This document shows, in pieces, positions 9,691-19,320 of a stretch of DNA of 64,000 nt. This DNA comes from an uncultured Spirochaetota bacterium (lineage in GTDB: Bacteria > Spirochaetota > Spirochaetia > SZUA-6 > Fen-1364): assembly GCA_963820525.1 (NCBI GenBank), contig CAWGAA010000002.1:256001-320000 (forward strand). Reading direction: 5' to 3'. The notes beneath the pieces are model-generated. The model saw only the letters and a program-made list of their open reading frames with translations. It made no database searches and was not told where the DNA came from. Every line of letters starts with the position of its first letter. Position 1 is the stretch's first letter. The position numbers and the translations under genes are program-made.

Positions 9691-10148
9691 AATTGTACGA
9701 TACAGTCGCGACCGTAGTACATTGGATCGAAGATCCGACGACGGACGCCACATGGGAAAATACTCTGGTCATCGTTATGGCGGATCACGAAACCGGCTGC
9801 CTTTCCGCCGCCCCCGGAGCTTTCCCCGATGCGCCGCTGGGGGAGGTGAGCCCGCGCACACTGACCCTTGAGAAGCCGTTGGACACGGGGCGGAGAGCGA
9901 GCTGGGAAGATGCGGACGGCAACGGCGCGATCGACGCGGGAGAGGCGGTTTATTGGGCGTGGAACACCTCCGGCCATTCCAACTCCCTGATCCCCTTGTA
10001 CGCGAAAGGCGCCGGTGCCTCTTTGTTCCAACAGTACGCGAATCGGAACGATCCGCGGCGAGGCGCATACATTGACAACACGGATGTATTTAAAGTGATG
10101 AACGCTGTGACCCACGGTTGGGGTGAACCCTCGGGCCTCACCGATTGA
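9687..10148 (+). pseudogene. Alkaline phosphatase C-terminal fragment
   Basis: TLVIVMADHETG metal-binding motif, TSGHSNSLIPLYAKG, IDNTDVF; N-terminal catalytic half absent. Confidence 0.75.
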
Positions 10149-12348
10149 AGTAGAACCACACGATCATGGATGCAATGAAGAAACGGTAGCGGGAAGACGC
10201 GGCCAGGCGGTGGTTCGCGATCGTGCCGGAGAATACTCGAGAGAGCTCGACTCCGTCGCAGCGTATTGCCAGCCGTCCGAGGACATCCGCCGCCTGGTCA
10301 GTGAACTCGTCTCCCCGCCGGGCGGCGTTTGAAGCCAGCTCCTTCAAGGGCGAGTAATCCCTCCGCGATTCCCTCTCCCTTTCTGCGATGAAGTCGAGAA
10401 GGCGCGCCGTTCCGCCTGAGGGCGCCTCGAGAAACTCGGAGAAAAGCGGATAGAACCACTCTCCCATCCCCAGGATGCCCGCGATGGAGAGGATGAGCTC
10501 CTCTCTCAGGTGCTGGGAAAGGCGTCCGCTCGCCTTCTGGAGAAGCACCTCTACGGATGAGGCGTCGCGGAAGATTTCCATGGCCGCGGCCCCATGGATG
10601 ATGAGGCGCGGATTGTCGGTCCTCTGCACGATCCCGCGGATGGCGGCGAGGCTGTCGCGATCCGCCAGCCGGGCGAGGGAAACCATGCATTTTCCTGCCA
10701 GGAAGTAGTCCCGGGACGCGAGGCCCTGGCGGAGGGCTTTCAGGCTGTCGCGGACCGCTTTTTCCCCCAGGATCTCGGCAGCGATATAGGCGGTCGTGAA
10801 TGGGTGGTCCCGCACCTCGGCGATGAGCGCCCTGTTCACGCGCTTATCCACCGGAAGGGCCCTCAAGGCGTTGAGCGCGGCGGTCCGGATGATGAAGCGG
10901 GGAGAGGCGAGCTTTCCCAACAGCTGCCCGATGGAGACCTCCGACTGCGATTGGGCCAGCGCGTCGATGACGCTCTGCTCCTCGCGGATGCTCTGCGATC
11001 GTCCCAACCGCCGAAGGAGGGACAGCGCCCGCATGTCGCGGGGGGAAAAGATGATTCCGATGGAATCCCTGATCGAGTAGCTTCCGATATTCTCGAGGCT
11101 CGAGACCAGGAGGAAGGTGGCCGTGCTCAAGGCAACCACGAAAGCGAAAAACAGGCGATACAGCTCGGCGGGGTGCCACGAGGTGATTTTCTGAAGCCAT
11201 TCGAGGAATGCCCCGCCGGCCAGGGCGCCCGCGGCGCCCGACACCCCCGCGACGATCTGGTAGAGGATGCCGAGGTTGAGGTTCTCCCGCGAGCTGACGA
11301 TGGAGAAGAAATAGGTCTGGGCGGCGTTTCCCGCGCCCGATGCCCCAAGGGAGAAGAGGAAGAACACTCCCGCGGCCAGCAGCCACCACAGAAAGGGGGA
11401 AGGAAGGGGAGGAGAGGCGATCAAGGGGACCAGGCCGATCGTGGCGGCGACCATGAAAAAGAAGAAGAGGGGCTTCGAGCCGAGCCTGTCTATCGTGAGG
11501 CCGCTGGCCAGTGCCATTGCGATGGCGCCCAGCCCGCCGATCACGGTGAGGATCATGGCCTGGGAATCGCTTGCCCCGTAGACCTCTTTCATGGCAACGA
11601 TGAGGAAGGGGCCCGCCATGGATGTCACGAAGACGACGGCGAACAAGGAAGCGATGAAGCGGGTGAAGCTGCCGCTCACGAAGGCCTTCCGCGTTGTTGC
11701 GAGCACCCCTTCGGATCCTCGCGTCGAAAACTCCCGAGGCTCGGGGAGCTTGAAGACGAGGTACGCCGCATACAAACCGGAGAGGATTCCCACCGCGAAG
11801 AATGCGGCGTACATGCCCAGGGGGGCGGTTTCCCCCAGAAGCAGGGCCATGGCAACGCCGACCAGCGGCGCGGAGATGTTCACCAGCAGTTGGATGAAGG
11901 AGATGTACTCTCCGCGGTCCTTGTGTCCCGCAAGCTCCGCGAGGATGGGGTTGAAGGTAGTGACGGCGATGCCCCGGGCGACATTGAATCCCAGCACTCC
12001 GATTACGAGCAGGTCCATGGACAAGCGATGGAAGCCGGTAAGCGCCAGGGGAGGGGAGAAGAGCAGGGGGAGCATCAGCACGTAGCGAAGCACCCAGAAG
12101 ACCCCCATGAGGGTCGTCGCCTTCATGCGGGGCACGAGAGGCCGTCCCAGGAGCACCATGACGGGAGAAAGGCTGGTGAACGCGGAAAGCGCGCCGATGA
12201 GGAAGCTCCCCGCGCCCAGGCGAAGGGCGTACAGCGTGATGATGTTCCCGCTCAGGAGCTGAAAAGAGGCGGTGTTGAGGACATTGAAGAGCGAAAACAG
12301 CTTCCTGCCGTTCGCGATCTCCGCGGGCGACAATCGCTTTACGCGCAT
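10138..12348 (-). CDS. MFS transporter fused to C-terminal HEAT-repeat domain
   Basis: ~12 hydrophobic segments with G..IDRLGSKP motif, followed by ~300 aa helical region with HEAT-like repeats (IRTAALNAL, AAEILGEK, KCMVSLARL). Confidence 0.75.
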   Translation of the reverse strand: MRVKRLSPAEIANGRKLFSLFNVLNTASFQLLSGNIITLYALRLGAGSFLIGALSAFTSLSPVMVLLGRPLVPRMKATTLMGVFWVLRYVLMLPLLFSPPLALTGFHRLSMDLLVIGVLGFNVARGIAVTTFNPILAELAGHKDRGEYISFIQLLVNISAPLVGVAMALLLGETAPLGMYAAFFAVGILSGLYAAYLVFKLPEPREFSTRGSEGVLATTRKAFVSGSFTRFIASLFAVVFVTSMAGPFLIVAMKEVYGASDSQAMILTVIGGLGAIAMALASGLTIDRLGSKPLFFFFMVAATIGLVPLIASPPLPSPFLWWLLAAGVFFLFSLGASGAGNAAQTYFFSIVSSRENLNLGILYQIVAGVSGAAGALAGGAFLEWLQKITSWHPAELYRLFFAFVVALSTATFLLVSSLENIGSYSIRDSIGIIFSPRDMRALSLLRRLGRSQSIREEQSVIDALAQSQSEVSIGQLLGKLASPRFIIRTAALNALRALPVDKRVNRALIAEVRDHPFTTAYIAAEILGEKAVRDSLKALRQGLASRDYFLAGKCMVSLARLADRDSLAAIRGIVQRTDNPRLIIHGAAAMEIFRDASSVEVLLQKASGRLSQHLREELILSIAGILGMGEWFYPLFSEFLEAPSGGTARLLDFIAERERESRRDYSPLKELASNAARRGDEFTDQAADVLGRLAIRCDGVELSRVFSGTIANHRLAASSRYRFFIASMIVWFYFNR

Positions 12349-12372
12349 TGCTTTCCGGATCAAAGCTCGCGG

Positions 12373-13646
12373 TCAGAAGTCCGTCTCGACAACTCCATCG
12401 ACAACGCGGCACTCGTGGACCGCGAAGGCGTCACGGTAGGCGGGGTAGCTTCGGGGATAGGCGGTCTCTACCGCGCTTCGAAGCGCCAGGATCGCCTCGG
12501 CCTTGACCAGCGCGCCTGACGCCCCCTTGTCTCCGCCGCCGAGCATCCGCTCGCCAAGGACCCCGGCACCGTGCGGGCGATGTCGCACATCGTCTCCATC
12601 TCCGGCCCCGAGATCCGATACTTGTCGCGCAGGCCGATCCCGTCGGCGCGGAAGATCGTTCCAACGGATTCGATGTCCCCCGCTCTCCACGCTTCGAGCA
12701 TCCGCGAGAAGCGCTCCTGCGCCTCGAAGATGTAGGTGAGCCGATCGCACAGATCGGGGTGGGAAGCCTGGAACCTTTCCAGAATGGCGCGATACTGGGC
12801 TTCCGATTTGACGTCGGCGAGCATCCGGATGCCGAACTCCGGGGCAGCCATGCGGGCGAGCTCCTCGCATTCGGCCCTGCGCAGCCGGTAGGTCGATTTC
12901 TCCAGCCCCGGGCGCACGGTGCCCGTGTCCAGGCTCACGATCCGAAAGTCGATCGCGCCCTTGCCCAGGGGAACATGCCTGATGGTGCGCGTTGCGGGGG
13001 TGTAATGGGTTCCCATTCCCGCCCTGGCGAAATAGATCATGATCTGGTCGAGCTGACCGCAGGGAGACCCGATGTAGTCGTTTTCCACCGCCTGTGCAAG
13101 GTCGATGATCCGCATCTGGTCTCCGCCAAGCTCGAGGCCGTTGGCCTCCAGGGCTGTGAGCATGAGATTTATCGTGAGGGAGGCGGAGCGCGACATGCCG
13201 CCGCCGGGGATGTTGCCGATAAGCGCCGCGTCGAACCCCTTTTCAGGCCGCAGTCCCTCGCGGCGCAGGATGAAGTCCACTCCAAAGGGGAACCGGGCCC
13301 ATGTGTCGGCGATCTCGGGCGAGCGCGGCGTCGGCGTCTGTCCGGAGCTGAACTCCACGATCCCTTCGCTCATGAAGTTCCCGCTTGCAAGGCGTATCAG
13401 TTCCGTACCATTGGGCTTCCACGCCATCCAGATGAAACGGTCCGTGCCGACGCCGAACAGCTCCGTGCCATTGTAGTCTCCATGCTCCACTCCCAGGCAG
13501 AAGCGGGAGGATGTGCGGCGAAGCCGGCCGCCCTCCACGTCCAGGCCGGATTGTTTCGCCAGGCGGCGGAGCGCCGCCCGTGCTTCGGCATCGTCCCGTG
13601 GTACCCGCGGGCTCGGGGAAGAAGATGGTGAGTGTGATTCGCTCAT
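12373..13646 (-). CDS. galK: Divergent galactokinase-like GHMP kinase; frameshift in a G-run at 12561-12564
   Basis: RFCLGVEHGDYNG (cf. RVNLIGEHTDYN), GGMSRSAS (cf. GLSSSA), CGQLDQ, and after restoring one G: TVPGVLGERMLGGGDKG. Confidence 0.7.
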
Positions 13647-13774
13647 ATCGATCCTCATCGCTTATATCCCGGCTTTCATCATACGTCAAGGATGCGGCGG
13701 GATTGACGTTGACAGCACGATGGCGTTGCATCTATACTGGCTGAAACGTTCGTCATTTCCTTGGGAGGGGAACA

Positions 13775-15526
13775 ATGGCCGAACAGCTCATCGTCAAGAA
13801 TCTGCCCTTTATACGGATCCTCCCGTCCTGGGCGCAGGAACTGTCTTACAAGTATTGCTCCAAGACCGCCAATCTTTACATCCTCTCGGGCAATATCCGG
13901 GACTTTCTCCCCCACAAGATGCAGGAGGGGGAGTTCAATTTCGTGAAGATCCAGGATTACGTCTCCGAGGTCCTCTTCGGAAACCGGGACATCATCGCGT
14001 TCTACGATCGCTCCTCGGGGGTGAGTTTCTGTAAGCCCGATATGAAGCGAGACTACCTGGCCAAGATGAAGCAGCTGGTGTCCAAAGCCTCCCCGGCCAG
14101 CCTCCTGTCGAGAAACCCGATCAAGGCGTTCACCCACCTGGAGAGATACTTCACTGCCAACATCCCGCACAACCGCAGGATCGTCCTCATCATCGACTAC
14201 TCGGAGACGGTGGTGCCCAATACGGACATCTCCCGTTACACCGACGAGGACCGCTTCTGCCTCGTCACCCTGAACCGCTGGGCCAACGACCCGATATTCA
14301 CCCAGGGCGACGTTTCCATCATCCTCCTCACCGAGAACCTGGCGGACCTCAACGCCGCCATTGTGCGCTCGCCCAGCGCGATCAAGGTCAACATCCCCAT
14401 CCCTGACGCGAAGGTCCGTGAAAGCTTCCTCGCCTTCCTCGACAGAAACGAGAAGCTGCTCATGGAGGAAGCTCTCACCGTCGCCGAGTTCGCCAAGATG
14501 ACGGGAGGCCTCAACCTGGTGAACCTCAACCAGCTTGCCGCGGAGAGCTTCCAGGAGGACAAGGAGATCGGCCTCGCGTACCTGAAGGAAAGGAAGAAAC
14601 AGATCATCGAGGCGGAAGCGGTGGGGCTGCTCGAGTTCATCGAGAGCGAGCACGACTTGAACGCCGTCTCGGGACACGACTTCGTGAAGAAGCGCTTCCG
14701 AAGCGCGGCCAAGGCGATACGCGAGGCGCGCTTCGACGTGCTTCCCATGGGCTATCTCATTGCCGGGCCGGTGGGCACCGGCAAGAGCTTCATGGTGAGC
14801 GCCTTCACCGGAGAGATCGGCATTCCCATGGTCATGTTCAGGAACTTCCGCTCCAAGTGGCAGGGGGTCACCGAATCCAACCTGGAAAAGATCCTCAACA
14901 TCCTGAAGGCCATGGCGCCGGTGGGCGTCATGATCGACGAGGCGGATGCCTTCCTCGGGGACAGGAACCAGGAGGGGGATTCGGGCACCAGCAACCGGAT
15001 CTTCGCCCAGATCGCCTCCTTCATGGGCAACACCGAGTATCGGGGAAAGATCATCTGGTTTCTCATCACCTGCCGGCCGGACCTCCTGCCCATCGACCTG
15101 AAGCGCCAGGGCAGGGCCGAGGAGCACCTCGCCCTCTTCTATCCCGAGACCATGGAGGAGAAGGAGAACCTCTTCGACACTCTGGTGAAGAAGCTCTCCC
15201 TGCGGATCCAGAAGGTCAACATCGTGGAGCTCTTCAAGCGATACAAGTACGAGTTTTCGGGCGCAGACCTCGAATCCGTCTTGATCCGCGCCAAGTTTCT
15301 CTCCGCCATGAACGGCCATGTTTTCGTGACCCGGGGAGACCTGGAGGAAACCCTCCAGGATTTCATGCCTCCCGCCTATCCCTACGAGATCGAGCTGCAG
15401 AACCTGGTCGCGGTGCTCGAGTGCACAAGCCGGGAGATGGTTCCCAAGCGTTTCCAGGACATGAGCCGCGACAGGCTCGTCACCGAGATCAAGCAGCTGA
15501 AGATCCTCCTGCACGAGCGGGAGTAG
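13775..15526 (+). CDS. AAA+ ATPase with degenerate N-terminal AAA-like domain
   Basis: Walker A GPVGTGKS, Walker B VMIDEAD, SRH TCRPDLLPIDLKRQGR; RBS GGAGGGG; TTGACA-N18-TATACT upstream. Confidence 0.85.
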   Translation: MAEQLIVKNLPFIRILPSWAQELSYKYCSKTANLYILSGNIRDFLPHKMQEGEFNFVKIQDYVSEVLFGNRDIIAFYDRSSGVSFCKPDMKRDYLAKMKQLVSKASPASLLSRNPIKAFTHLERYFTANIPHNRRIVLIIDYSETVVPNTDISRYTDEDRFCLVTLNRWANDPIFTQGDVSIILLTENLADLNAAIVRSPSAIKVNIPIPDAKVRESFLAFLDRNEKLLMEEALTVAEFAKMTGGLNLVNLNQLAAESFQEDKEIGLAYLKERKKQIIEAEAVGLLEFIESEHDLNAVSGHDFVKKRFRSAAKAIREARFDVLPMGYLIAGPVGTGKSFMVSAFTGEIGIPMVMFRNFRSKWQGVTESNLEKILNILKAMAPVGVMIDEADAFLGDRNQEGDSGTSNRIFAQIASFMGNTEYRGKIIWFLITCRPDLLPIDLKRQGRAEEHLALFYPETMEEKENLFDTLVKKLSLRIQKVNIVELFKRYKYEFSGADLESVLIRAKFLSAMNGHVFVTRGDLEETLQDFMPPAYPYEIELQNLVAVLECTSREMVPKRFQDMSRDRLVTEIKQLKILLHERE

Positions 15527-15604
15527 GCCGGCGGCGGCGCGCCTTTCCGCACGCGCCTGTCCACAGGTTGAAGCGCGAAGATTCTTGCCGTACAATACTC
15601 CATC

Positions 15605-18175
15605 ATGCGCGGCCGCACGACGGACACGGTGCGCTCGGCGATCGCACTCCGTTACAGGGTAGGGGTGAAGCTCGTCCTGGTGACAACCATGCTCCTGACG
15701 ATTGCCGTCGGCGCGACCGCCGCTTTCGTGAGCCGCCTGGCGGCCATGGAGATCAGGCGCAACGTCGCGCAGCGCAATGTCCAGCTCGCCAAGAGGGCGG
15801 CCGAGGAGATCAACTTCTTCGTCGCGAGCGCCCGGCGAAACCTCATCCAGCTCGCCCGGGTTCTGGAGATCCTCGACAACCGGCCGCGCGTTCGGGACAT
15901 GATCCTCGAAAACTACGTCATCACCACGGGGGACTTCCAGCGGATCATCCTGGTGGACGACTCGGGCCGGATACTCTCGGACAGCATGCAGCAGCCGGTC
16001 TCCATATCGGACTTCGACTCCCAGGCCGTGCGCAATGCCGCCGCCGGGGAGATCTCCACCTCCGTCGCGAGGACCGCTTCCGGGCGCGTACCGAGGATGA
16101 CGCTCGTTTACCCCCTGATGCCTTCCGGCGGGAAAACGGCGTCCCTCGTGGCGGAGCTGCATCTCGGCAAGGTCGAGTCCATCATCAACGACATCACGAT
16201 CGGCTCGAAGAGCATCGCCTCCGTCATAGCGGCTGACGGCCTGCCCATCGCAGCGACCGACTCCGACGGAGCAGCGACGGAGCGTGCGACGGCGGCGGCC
16301 TTTGGGGAGGAGCTGCGGGTGGAGAGCTCCATCAGCTCGACCGGCTGGACCGTGATCATCGATCAGCCCTCTTCGGAGGCGTTTCTCCCCGTTTCCCTGC
16401 TCCTGCGCAGGTCATTCGTGCTCGTGCTCATCATGCTCGTGGTGGTCACGTATCTCGCGTTTTTCTCCGTGCGCATGATCTCGCGGCCCCTGGATGCGCT
16501 CTTGCGCGGCACCATTGTCATAAGAGGAGGCGCGACGGACTACCGCATCTCGGAAGAGTCCCGCGACGAGTTCGGAATCCTTTCGCGCTCGTTCAACTCG
16601 ATGGTGGACAGCATCAGGGAGCGCACGCTCGCGCTGGAGGACTCCGAGCGGAAATACCGCATCGTCACGGAGAGCGTCAATGACATCATTTTCTCACTCG
16701 ACTCCCAGGGGCGGTTTATCTTCCTGAACCGCAGGGTCGAGCAGGTCCTCGGCTACCGCCTCCAGGAGATGATCGGGCGGCTCTTCGTCGATTTCGTCTC
16801 CTCGGAGGAGAAGGCGAACCAGGCCCTCGGATTCCTGGAGGGGCTTGCAGACCGCTCCCGGCGCCTGATGCCCGCGGAGCTGACCCTCATCGCGAAATCC
16901 GGCGAGGAGGTGATCCTCGAATGCGAAGCGGTTCCCATCCACGAACCCACCGGAGAAGTACGGATCCACGGCGTGGCGCGCGACATCACGGAGCGAAAGC
17001 GGCTGGAGGAGAAGCTTCGGCGGACGCAGAAGCTCTCCGCCCTGGGGGAAGTGGTTTCCGGCGTCGCCCATGAGCTTCGAAACGCCGTTTCCGGGATCAC
17101 GGCATCCATGGAGCTGATGAAATCGCGCGAGGGAAACGGAATCGGCAAGGACCTCGACAGGGTGCTCGCAGAGGCGTTGTGCGCCCAGCGCATCGTTCAC
17201 AACTTGCTCGATTTTTCAAAGGACCAGGCGCCGGCGTTCCGGGCCTGCGATCTCAATGCCGTCCTCGATGACGCCCTGGAGCTGTGCAGGGGAGTCGTGG
17301 AGCACGGCGGAATCGAGATCGTGAAGAACCTGGAAGCGAAGCTTCCCAATGTCCTGGCCAACGCGGAACAGCTGCGGCAGGTCTTCCTCAACCTCATCAT
17401 GAACGCCGTCCACGCCATGCAGCGCCGCATTCCCGCCGAGCCGGGGTCGGAGGCGCCTTTCGCGGGGACCGCTGGCCGTCGGGTGCTCACTGTGGCCACC
17501 CGCTCGCAGGACGGTGCCGTCGTTGCCACCGTGTCCGATACGGGCTCCGGGATACCGAAGAGGATCATGGCGCACATCTTCGATCCCTTCTTCACGACCA
17601 AGAGGCAGGGAGAGGGAACCGGGCTCGGTCTGTCGGTCTCCCTGGGAATCGTTCAGGCTCACGGGGGGGAGATCCGCGTACAGAGCGCTGAAGGCAAGGG
17701 GGCCAGCTTCTCCGTGGAGCTTCCCGCCGCCGCAGCCCTGCGAAGCGACAGTACCGGGACGGCGCCGCCCGAGCGCTTCGACCTCACGGGAAGAAGGATC
17801 CTCGTTGTGGAGGACGAGGATTCGATCCGCGAGTTTATCCGCAATTTTCTGGAGAGCTACGGCTGCTCGGTGACCAGCGCCCGAAGCGTCCGGGAGGCCG
17901 TATCGATTCTCTCCAGCCCCGGGGTCACGCAGCTGGTGATCTCGGATTTCAGGATGCCCGAAATCGATGGCCAGGGTCTGTACGAATGGATCCGTTCCAA
18001 CAAGCCCATGCTCCTCTCCCGTCTCATGTACATCACCGGCGACAGCCTCAATCCGATGACGCGCGCTTTTCTGCGGAGAACCGGAGTGCCATACCTGCTG
18101 AAGCCCGTGAGCTCCATGGCCCTCGTGAGGGCCGTCTGGCCGATGCTGACGGGCGAGAAAACGACGTCGGGATAA
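15605..18175 (+). CDS. Hybrid sensor histidine kinase (TM-Cache-TM-HAMP-PAS-HisKA-HATPase-REC)
   Basis: HAMP DEFGILSRSFN, PAS IFSLDSQGRFIFLN, VAHELRN, QVFLNLIMNA, FFTTK, GTGLGLS, receiver ILVVEDE...ISDFRMP. Confidence 0.92.
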   Translation: MRGRTTDTVRSAIALRYRVGVKLVLVTTMLLTIAVGATAAFVSRLAAMEIRRNVAQRNVQLAKRAAEEINFFVASARRNLIQLARVLEILDNRPRVRDMILENYVITTGDFQRIILVDDSGRILSDSMQQPVSISDFDSQAVRNAAAGEISTSVARTASGRVPRMTLVYPLMPSGGKTASLVAELHLGKVESIINDITIGSKSIASVIAADGLPIAATDSDGAATERATAAAFGEELRVESSISSTGWTVIIDQPSSEAFLPVSLLLRRSFVLVLIMLVVVTYLAFFSVRMISRPLDALLRGTIVIRGGATDYRISEESRDEFGILSRSFNSMVDSIRERTLALEDSERKYRIVTESVNDIIFSLDSQGRFIFLNRRVEQVLGYRLQEMIGRLFVDFVSSEEKANQALGFLEGLADRSRRLMPAELTLIAKSGEEVILECEAVPIHEPTGEVRIHGVARDITERKRLEEKLRRTQKLSALGEVVSGVAHELRNAVSGITASMELMKSREGNGIGKDLDRVLAEALCAQRIVHNLLDFSKDQAPAFRACDLNAVLDDALELCRGVVEHGGIEIVKNLEAKLPNVLANAEQLRQVFLNLIMNAVHAMQRRIPAEPGSEAPFAGTAGRRVLTVATRSQDGAVVATVSDTGSGIPKRIMAHIFDPFFTTKRQGEGTGLGLSVSLGIVQAHGGEIRVQSAEGKGASFSVELPAAAALRSDSTGTAPPERFDLTGRRILVVEDEDSIREFIRNFLESYGCSVTSARSVREAVSILSSPGVTQLVISDFRMPEIDGQGLYEWIRSNKPMLLSRLMYITGDSLNPMTRAFLRRTGVPYLLKPVSSMALVRAVWPMLTGEKTTSG

Positions 18176-18313
18176 CGTCTCTGCTGCCGGCTGCCGGCTT
18201 GAAATAATCCCGAGGGTTGATCTTTTTTCCCCTTCGAGCTACACTGTTTTCCCGGCGGCCCCGCAGCCGATACGTACATCGTCCGATACAGAATGAGAGA
18301 GGCTTTGAAAAGA

Positions 18314-18898
18314 GTGTCGTCGCGTTCAGCGCACGTGAAAAGAGCCACCAAGGAAACCGATCTTACCCTCACCCTGGACCTGGAGCGAAGTGACCCCGTG
18401 GAGGTGAAGACGGGGCTCGGCTTTTTCGATCACCTCCTTTCCAGCATGGCCTTCCACGGCCGGTTCTCGCTTGCCCTGTCGGGCAAGGGCGATCTGGAAG
18501 TCGATGGACACCATCTCGTGGAAGATACCGGGCTGGTTCTCGGAGAGGCGCTTTCCGAGGTATTCGCGAAGTCGGGCAAGGTCGAGCGCTTCGCGCATGC
18601 CGTGATTCCCATGGATGAAGCCCTCGCCGAGGTCTCCATCGACGTCTGCGGCAGGCCGACTCTCGTCTACAGCGCGCAATTCCCGCAGGACCGGGTCGGG
18701 GACTTCGATACCGCGCTTCTCAAGGAATTCTTCTCGGGACTTGCGGCCCAGGCGCGGATCAGCCTCCATGCGGAGGTGCGCCGCGGGGAGAACAGCCATC
18801 ATGCTGCGGAAGCGCTCTTCAAGGCGCTTGGCAAGGCTATCGAAGCGGCCTACGGACCGAGCGACCGGGAAATGTCATCGAAAGGGAGGATCGGGTAA
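18314..18898 (+). CDS. hisB: Imidazoleglycerol-phosphate dehydratase
   Basis: TGLGFFDHLL, GDLEVDGHHLVED, PMDEAL, GENSHHAAEALFKA; exact start uncertain (18293 or 18314). Confidence 0.95.
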   Translation: MSSRSAHVKRATKETDLTLTLDLERSDPVEVKTGLGFFDHLLSSMAFHGRFSLALSGKGDLEVDGHHLVEDTGLVLGEALSEVFAKSGKVERFAHAVIPMDEALAEVSIDVCGRPTLVYSAQFPQDRVGDFDTALLKEFFSGLAAQARISLHAEVRRGENSHHAAEALFKALGKAIEAAYGPSDREMSSKGRIG

Positions 18899-18966
18899 GG
18901 TCGGTTCCTGTTTACTTTCATTTTTCGGTACTGTATCTTGAACTTGGTGGGAATCGACACAGCTTA

Positions 18967-19320
18967 ATGAGTGCTCAAGACATCCTGAAAAAGTTGCCCA
19001 GGAGTGGTTTTCTAAAGCTCACCAATGAAAATCACGGACCCCTGACGCAGGAGAAGAGAGCGGCACTCATTCGGAAGGGCAATGAGCTGTTCAATTCGGG
19101 GAATTACGATCTTGCAAGAAGAATTTTCATTACGACGAAGTACACAGATGGGCTTATCAGGCTGGGGGACCATTACTACAAGAAAAGGAAGCATATCCTG
19201 GCCCTTCAGCTATATTGGCTTGCTCCCTGCCCGCGGAAGGTTTCGGTGCTCGTAGAGCGCATGGCGGCCGTAATGAGCAAGTGGCTTATGGAAGAGAGGA
19301 ACGGTAAGGACATACCATGA
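18967..19320 (+). CDS. Small TPR-like hypothetical protein
   Basis: LIRKGNELFNSGNYDLARRIF helical-hairpin pattern; overlaps the next gene (ATGA). Confidence 0.7.
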   Translation: MSAQDILKKLPRSGFLKLTNENHGPLTQEKRAALIRKGNELFNSGNYDLARRIFITTKYTDGLIRLGDHYYKKRKHILALQLYWLAPCPRKVSVLVERMAAVMSKWLMEERNGKDIP

